A stretch of 47,107 nt of DNA, counting the filler, from Streblomastix strix (taxonomy: Eukaryota): the NCBI GenBank assembly GCA_008636045.1. It is 2 parts of 2 records of this genome, joined end to end, with 100 filler letters (N's around TTAATTAATTAA, not from the genome) between each part and the next. Parts side by side here need not be neighbours in the genome. Positions count along the whole stretch, not along the records: positions 23,608 to 47,107 come from SNRW01000278.1; 1 more part is not named here. One strand, given 5' to 3'. This document shows, piece by piece, positions 39,631 through 47,107 of the stretch; positions within the stretch are counted from its first letter, which is position 1, and every line of letters starts with the position of its first letter. The position numbers and the translations under genes were made by a program. Below the pieces are notes generated by a model. The model made no database searches, was not told the DNA's origin, and worked only from the letters and a program-made list of their open reading frames with translations.

Positions 39631-42600
39631 ATGACAGTTAAATAGGGGTAATACTCGTAATGAAGACGTTTGCTTCCGATTGCACCTCCGATTATACCAG
39701 CTACTCAGGAACTACCAGAATTATAACCACTTAATCAACCGCCTAAATAAACACAGTCATAATTGACGTAAATGTAGGACTATATTACATAAATGCAAAC
39801 ATGCAACTACCAGCCGTCGCCATAATTATAAATGGAACATCAACAATAATAGTACAATGAAGATGTGTTCAAAAATGTTAATGATGAAATAACAGAATTT
39901 AATGACTGGAATAAAGGCAAGAATTTTAGGCTAATTGACGCCTATAACGCATTACAGAGGACGATTATGTTATGTGAGCCACAACTCGAATAAGAATATG
40001 AAAGATGAATTAATTTTGAGCGAAAACATAAATAAAATTAACACATCAAATATGAACCGTTTTATGTTCATACAATTAGTCCAACAAAATAGTATTATTA
40101 AATGATTTAAGATCAATAGAGGAAATCGACGCTTATTTAGATGAAATATATTAGTGTGAATAAAATTTTGCATCCAAAATTGCATTTGATTTAGGAGTAA
40201 TTTTTGAACGATTCAGTGGCTAAGAAAAGGAATAATAAGTAACTTATAAATTTTGTCTTCCTCTTGAAACTAGAACAGAGATGAGTGCACCGATAACCAT
40301 ACGCACTAATTTAGATTTAGCAGATTATAAAAGATTCAATAATACCCATATCATCTTAATTCAAGAGAGAACCATTATGGATACTAAATAGAAAATAATA
40401 GGTATATTTTCAATAATGATTCAGGAGTTTAGGCTTCAACATGCAGGCGCTGGAGGTGGTCAAATAATACCATCATTAAAGAAGCACATTATGAGGCGAG
40501 AGATTCGATATATTGACCCTGAGAAAAATAATTAAAATTTATGTTTCTTTCTAGCATATTCATTTATTACGATGCCAGACATTAAGGAAGACGTTGCTGC
40601 TGACGGTTCCGCTATTCCTGCAAAGCGTTATAAGGAACATTCACGAATTGCTGAAGCTATACGATTATTTTAAAGAATCTATGGCAAGAAAATCGAAGAT
40701 AATTATTAAGGGTTTAATTTCGCAACAGAGGCAGATTAATTTATTTAGAATGAAAATTTAAATATAAATGTGTTCGCTTACAAAGAAACAACGGCAACAG
40801 CGTCAGCAACTTCAACGGCAACCAATTCAGGAAGTTATTATCTATGGAAATAATTCAGAAGAATTGAATAGAACGAATAACCTAAGGAATTTAATGTTCT
40901 TTTAATAACCGACACAATCAACGAACTACAGACAGCTCACATTTTTTATATAAATAATGTTAAGGTACTAACTGGTTTAAAATATTGTCCTATCTGTGGT
41001 GTGCAGGCTTATAAGACCAGAGATTCAAATTTATAATCAAAGCTAAAAAGGCACATATAAAAATGTTAAAAAAAAGAGAAAAGATAGTAAAAAAGTATAT
41101 TTAGAAAAGTTTCCAAGACCTTACGTTCCCCATATATTGAATAATATTAGCTATTAGCATCTTCTGGCACACGGTCTAGAGGAAAAATTTAAACCTACTA
41201 AATATTATATAACATATGATATTGAAACCATTGAAAGAATTGTCAATAAAAAATTCGGTTGTTATTCAAAATAAATTTGAATACTAGAACCTTTATCAGT
41301 ATCGAGTTCAATAAAAATAAAAAATAAAAACATTTATTAAATTTATTCCATTTATTTTGACATTCGAATCCCTAACTTCATTAATGTAAGGATTAAATAA
41401 TTGTTTAAGGAAGCCAGAAAAGTTATTGATTCAAACAAATATGAAGAAGGGTCAATACCACTAGTAGTGTTTTTCCTAAGGGTGCGGTATGGCGTAGCCC
41501 TACTCCAAACTTTGTGGACTTGCTACGCCAAACTTTTGGGGTTCCTACTCCACTTGTTTTCAATAATAAATATTATATATCAATAATTTTTATAAAAATT
41601 TCTCACTCGGCCCTCCGGGCATCGCTAAATACCTTAAAATTTATTATAACCTATAAAAAATTTAGGGCTCGGCCCTTCGGGCCTCGCATTTACTATAAAA
41701 TTTTCATTAAAATTAAAATTTTGTTACGTCAAACTTTTTTGATGTTTACGCCATTCTATTATTTTTTACGCCAAACTTTTGCTCTTAGGAAAAACCCTGG
41801 TGGTCCACTACATTTTGAGGTTCCAGTAATTGGGTTCAATTCTTCAAACTTTGATATTGCATTGATTCTTAAAAACTTATTGAGCGATGAGTGACAAAAA
41901 ATTAAATATATTGGAACTGGTTCAAACGCTAAATAAATCATTATTAAACAAAACATATCTGGAATCAAATTTCGGTTCATCTATGCGATGATTTATTGAA
42001 TAAAAATGAAATTAACATAACTCGTAAAAGATTTCACGCCAAAACAACGAGGATAATATCAACGTAAAGCGTTATATCGAAGATTCCGCCTGCTGCTGAA
42101 TTAAATCAATGCACAACTCCAGCCAAGTTAAAGTTTCCATACGAATTCATCAACTACGACAATTATAATGAAATAATGAATAATCCTTAGCCATATCTGA
42201 TTGAAGCGTTTAAAAATACAATTAAAAATAAAAATATATGTGAAGAGAAATATTAAACTTATTTGGCTGTTGCTTAAAATTATTCAAACGGTTTGGACTA
42301 CCTTCGACATTATAACCTTGAAGACATTCTCTTAATGATTCAGACATTGGATTACTTAATTGATTCATTCTTCAATTACAAAATTGATATGTTGTAGTTT
42401 ATGTCGATGTCTGCATGTGCAAATGCTATCAAATATGCCCTTACTTGTAGCTACGTCAAATTGGATTAAGGTAAAGTACCAAAAGATGATTTTGCATCAT
42501 TCATTCTTCTATAAAATTATTGGAACATTAAAATTAAAAATTATCTAGAATAAGATAAAATAAGAAATAGAGACACAAGCAACAACATCAAGGAATCAGA

Positions 42601-44388
42601 TTGTGCGTTCTACAGAAAATTATTCCTTTCAACAGGATGCGAAATATATAAACACGATTCACAATCAAAATTCTGCCAACATTAGACAGAATTAACAACG
42701 ACAGGGGTCATTCTGCAGATAACGTGAAACCATGCTGCTTATTTTGCAATAAATTTAAGTCAAATAATGAGGAAAATTTAACATGATTAAAAATACAATT
42801 AAAGAACTTTTGTCTGATGAACTTGCTTCCAATGACAATAATTGATGAAGAAATTTATTAAATTTTACGTTCCGGTATCACTGGCGGATTATCGCAAGTC
42901 ATGCATAGAAATAATGTTGCAGGTGAAACTAAAATAAATTAATTAAAATATATTAACGGAAAAGTCATCAGCTAAGACACCGACCACACAATGACTCATC
43001 TTTTGACTCTAGATTTCAACTATTAATATCCTAGTGTTATGAGCTCAGAGCCGCATAAGTTCATCAAATATACAGGCGGCCGTATGTTCATGGCGGGATA
43101 AATATTGGATAAAATTACTGATAAATAAACAGCAAGAAATTTAATTTATAATCCAAATCGATTTAATGGCGTTGAAGGAATGCCGTTATTTGTCGCGGTT
43201 GTTAAAGGACACATCGACGAATAAAATATAAATGATTTCATTAATTTTCTTCCGAAATAGAGAAACATTGAAATAATGACCGATGAAATAACATTAGGTT
43301 CATATACGTTTAATCTGCTTCTGAAAAATAACATTTAGCACGATAAAATCGAACGAAAATTAACAAATTTATCATCGAAGGATGAGCAGTTCATGACGTT
43401 TAATAATTATTATTATTGGCTTCTCATTGATGATTTTCATTTCATTTTTGATGATATTTAATGTGTTATAACGTTCTCGAAAAATGACAGATTCAATCCA
43501 TTTGTAAAGGAATTTTTGAATCAACTGATTTAGGCAATCAATGAAAATAATGATGGAAAAAAATAATTCTATAAATAAGCTATGAACTCAAGCTATGGAA
43601 CTGATGGAATGAATTAAGAAAAATATTCACAAATGAAATTGTTGAGCTCTGATAAGACATGGTTGTCTCATCTCTAAGGTTCATTCGTTAATGACTAACA
43701 AATAACAGATGATTTATTTCCTATTTAATTTAATGCTGAGAGCTGCAACTGCAATACTTGCTTACATTATGCCTATTTCGTGTTAAATAATTGCAAATAT
43801 TGGTATATAAATTTTAGATAAAATTTTATAGCCAAAACTTTTGATATGAACAAGATGCATTATATTTGTGGTGATACCGATTCGATGACATGGGCCATAA
43901 GTGGGAACGCCGACGAAGGATACAGACAGAAATTTAAATACGTAATCAAGAGCTATAAAATTTTCGATGAAAATTATCCTCTTTTCTTCGGATAATATAA
44001 ACAATTATTGGGAGTCATTTATGAGGCAAAAGGAATGGCTTGCATTGCTCTAGCTCCAAAAATACATTACATTTATAATCCTCTACCTAATGAAAATGAA
44101 AAAGATTTCAATTATTGTATGAAAGGAATAATATAAAAATATAATGTTCATTTAAATGATGAAGCATTCAAAAAATCATTGAATGGAGAATAAATTTAAG
44201 CTCAAAATATTATTTTCGGTTAAAGAAATAAATAAATGTCAAAAATATAAATAAATAAAGTTGGCTTATCATCGATTCATAATAATATGGTTGTGCTAGA
44301 AAATTAATGCTGTGGTCCATTCCTCTATATTAACGGATAACAATTGAATTCAGATAATTATATAGTTACTAATGATAAACACTAATGA
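39631..44388 (+). pseudogene. Polinton-type family B DNA polymerase with embedded HNH-like domain
   Basis: Exo I YITYDIET, Exo II VIGFNSSNFD, KFPYEF, Exo III YLRHYNLED, PTLDRINNDRGHSADNVKPCCLFCN, RSGITGG, LDFNYQYPS, KQAMNSSYG, CGDTDS, ALAPK. Several frameshifts and TGAs plus a 341-bp insertion. Confidence 0.92.
41464..41804. mobile_element. 341-bp non-coding inverted-repeat insertion in polB
   Basis: Direct repeat CCACTA at 41458-41463 and 41805-41810; inverted repeat GTTTTTCCTAAG/CTTAGGAAAAAC; internal TACG(C/T)CAAACTTTT x3 and CGGCCCTTCGGGCC hairpins. Removal restores EEGSIPLHFEVPVIGFN. Confidence 0.85.
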
Positions 44389-44574
44389 TAGGCACTAATA
44401 TTAAGCAATAATTTTACACGATAAATTTGACTGGCTAATGAATGACTTTTAAATGGTCAGGGTGCCCATACCTTGAGGGCATTTTTAACTCATTTTAGAA
44501 ATTAGCAGCCAATGTGCCAATATGCCAATTAGCTTCTTCTTTAATGCTTTTAATTATTTTTTTGCAAGAAATAA

Positions 44575-46000
44575 ATGTAAAACGAAAATAATTTGTATGA
44601 GGATATCCTTAAGACTTTTGCATGAGAAAAATATCAAAGAGAAAAATATGAATTTGAAGTACAATCTGATATTGATGATAGTGCATATAAAGTTCATTAT
44701 AAAATGAGTCTATCAGAGTTCATAAAAAATATCTTTGAAATTGCAAAGAAAAAATATATCGATGTTATTGCAGAGAAAGCAGATGAAAAACCTATTGGAA
44801 AACGAACAATGGCAGATTGGTATTATTATATTTCAGTTTAATTGTAATATGAACAGTCAAAATAAAAAAATAAATAAAAAAAATAAAAAAATGGAAAAAG
44901 AGGCTTAATAAGAGGTTTAGACATCCAGCCTGCATTCGCAGGGTCTCCCTGCTGAGTTAATAATCCGCTTAAAGTGACGACAATGAAAATATGCCCTATT
45001 TTCCTTTCAAAACATAATTAAAATTGTTTGGAAAAATAAATAAGCATAAATATGCTTACAATTATTATTTACCAGTGAAAGATTATAAATTTTAACCATT
45101 TTAAAGACTACAACGAACATATTTCTTTCCAAAGCTAGGGAGTTGGGAAATAGATATAGTCTTTTCTGTCGATTAAGACTTGCAGGAAAATAATGATGAA
45201 TATGATGATGCTATCTTTGAACAAGACGAAATACTAAATGAGAGAGAAAAAAGAAGAAAATCAAATTTGTATTTATTTTGCATAAATATTAATACAAAAT
45301 ATTTAATAGTAAATCCATTGATAGATAAATCAGCTGCATAAGTAGTTGGATAAGTATAAAAAATAAATGAAAATTATTACGTAAATAATATTCGTGGTGA
45401 TGGAGAAAAAGGATTTAATGGTTTGAATTTAACTTTATTTTGTTCATAGAATAAAATTAATGGATATTTCTCTGATCCAAAATTCATCAATCATAATAGA
45501 GTAGTCGATTCAGTTAATCGTACAATAAAGAATGCGTTTGTCTATAAATTTAATTAATTTTCAGCAAATCGACAAATGTAAATAGCTGTTGATATATGCA
45601 ATAATACATTCCATCTTGCGTTTCAAAAAAAGTTATGTCAATATTAAGTTCAATTGCCATGAGATTTAGAAGGAAAATTTATTCGTTTATAAATGAAGAA
45701 ATTAGAACGACTTTTAGTAAGATAATAATAAGAGGGCATATTGTCATATAAAGCAGGAAATATAATATTAATACATCCTGATTTCAAAAAAAAATAATAA
45801 AAATTTATAAAATAAAGAAAAAATATCAATTAGTTAGTGGAGTTTATTCGATATGTGAATGGTAATGTTTTATGTAGATTATTGAATCATTCTTATAAAA
45901 TAAACGTAATAAAAGTACATTCATATTATAGTAAATATATTTCTGAAAATAAAGAATCTATTCCAAAATATTATGCAACAGAGTTTTTATTTAGATAAAA
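44575..46000 (+). pseudogene. Retroviral-type (rve) integrase of Polinton type
   Basis: GSWEIDIVF ... LYLFCININTKY ... IRGDGEKGF ... HNRVVDSVNRTIK ... NNTFH. Frameshifts and TGAs present. Confidence 0.85.
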
Positions 46001-46603
46001 TAAAAAAAAATTTATTTATTTATTTTTTAATTTTATTTCTCTTAATAAATGACAGTTATTGAGATAATCAACGAGACAATCAACGAAACAACACAAACTG
46101 AAGCAACCGCAAACAGAATCAACTATAGGTGGAATCTACGACATAGTGTCTTCAACTAAACAGTGACGTCCAAAGAAATACATTGATAAAGAATAAGCAA
46201 CGATTTCCGCTAGTGAGCAACATAAAAATGCAAGAATTAGATATAAATAAAATTAAACAAATTACGTTTCAAAAGTCAATGATAAGCAATTATTGATAAT
46301 CAAAAAATTTAAAAAAATATTCATGAATATTAATGATTTGATAACAATAAATGAATTGATTAAAAGATTTGACAATAAAAAAGACGTTAATGAAGATTTT
46401 TATGACGCAATCAACGTTTGAATATTAATTATTTTTATTACTGTTTTTCACTTCTGGCAGAATGGTAGTATGGCAGCGGATTTTGATGAAAGTTTCTGAT
46501 TCAGTCTAACCAATCTACACGGTCTACTCAAACGTCATTCATTACCAAACTCAATTACTCACTCCTATTCAACGCATTTTACCAATGAAATTCAATAACA
46601 ATA

Positions 46604-47107
46604 ATGGACTTCATTTATGTAAATTATTAATCCAATACGTTAATTATTATCAATCATGTCTTTTATTAATCAAACACATATGGACAGATATTTGCACTAA
46701 CCCAAGATTCGCAATATTCGCATTTGAAATTAATATTTGATAGACTCTTTCATTACTATTAAAATATATAGATTAATATAAATTAAATATCTCCACTCAA
46801 AAAGAAATATGTAGATGATTTTTTGTCAATATTTTTTAATTGTTTTCCAAAAAAACATAATGATTTTAACAATTTCAGCTATTATTTATTTAAAAGAAAT
46901 AAAAATTAATTAGAGCAATTTAACAAAGTTCCTCGAGTAACTTTAACCATGGCATTTTAGGCATATTTGAAGACAGGCCTGGGAAAATTTTTTGCCTACG
47001 CGTGCCTCCAAAACAACCCCAGCTCATTCTGTGAGAAATGCCAAATAAAGAGGTGGTATACCAACAAATTATATATCAGAGCAGATCTGCACGAGCTACA
47101 GCTTTTT
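46604..47107 (+). CDS. Hypothetical ORF running off the window end
   Basis: Open with TAR=Gln from ATG ~46604 (MDFIYVNYQSNTLII...). No recognisable motif. Confidence 0.3.

Larger units (their letters stand above)
33363..44528 (+). repeat. ~90-bp diverged intergenic direct repeat (33363-33452 and 44438-44528)
   Basis: Shared GGTCAGGGTGCCCATAC...CATTTTA(A/G)AAATTAGC...CAATGTGCCAAT(C/A)TGCCAA. Confidence 0.8.

Noticed and set aside
41500..41790. TACGCCAAACTTTT repeats as a CRISPR-like array
   Set aside because: Only 3-4 short, irregularly spaced copies inside an inverted-repeat insertion, with no cas genes.
1138..44707. Most short ORFs in the supplied track (e.g. 1138-1332, 4412-4597, 6167-6361, 7216-7461, 8462-8797, 13796-13981, 34280-34564, 43783-44004)
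   Set aside because: They are antisense or off-frame shadows of longer table-6 genes, or fragments cut at TAR codons.
17122..46000. TGA reassigned to an amino acid in the viral genes
   Set aside because: TGA terminates intact genes, and internal TGAs co-occur with frameshifts, so pseudogenisation is the simpler explanation.
26400..46500. One intact Polinton spanning the right contig
   Set aside because: Duplicate ATPases, truncated helicase and capsid with abrupt junctions, and no paired TIRs indicate a mosaic of decayed elements.

Overview
Very AT-rich eukaryotic (protist) DNA that reads TAA/TAG as Gln with TGA as the only stop (translation table 6), so the supplied standard-code ORF track shows only fragments. 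Short GT-AG introns, the code, the host gene families and the template-switch chimeras suggest an oxymonad such as Streblomastix (inference). An artificial N44-TTAATTAATTAA-N44 linker at 23508-23607 joins two contigs, so nothing is linked across it. The left contig holds tandem non-autonomous Helitrons, a PACRG gene (possibly decayed), a ~1740-aa intron-containing gene, a decayed hAT transposon with a nested hAT MITE, and a Polinton-like-virus (PLV) structural module (probable capsid, small amphipathic protein, phage-type fibre). The ~1740-aa gene is the top finding: it fuses a signal peptide and protist beta-helix to a bacterial TPS/filamentous-haemagglutinin (FhaB/CdiA-like) stalk and ends in a permuted-papain-like His/Cys domain. 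The right contig holds one host multicopy-family gene and a mosaic of decayed Polinton/PLV genes (two packaging ATPases, SF3 helicase, second capsid, KilA-N, family-B polymerase with HNH insert, DD35D integrase) interrupted by several TIR elements. All translations and coordinates were done by eye and no database searches were run.
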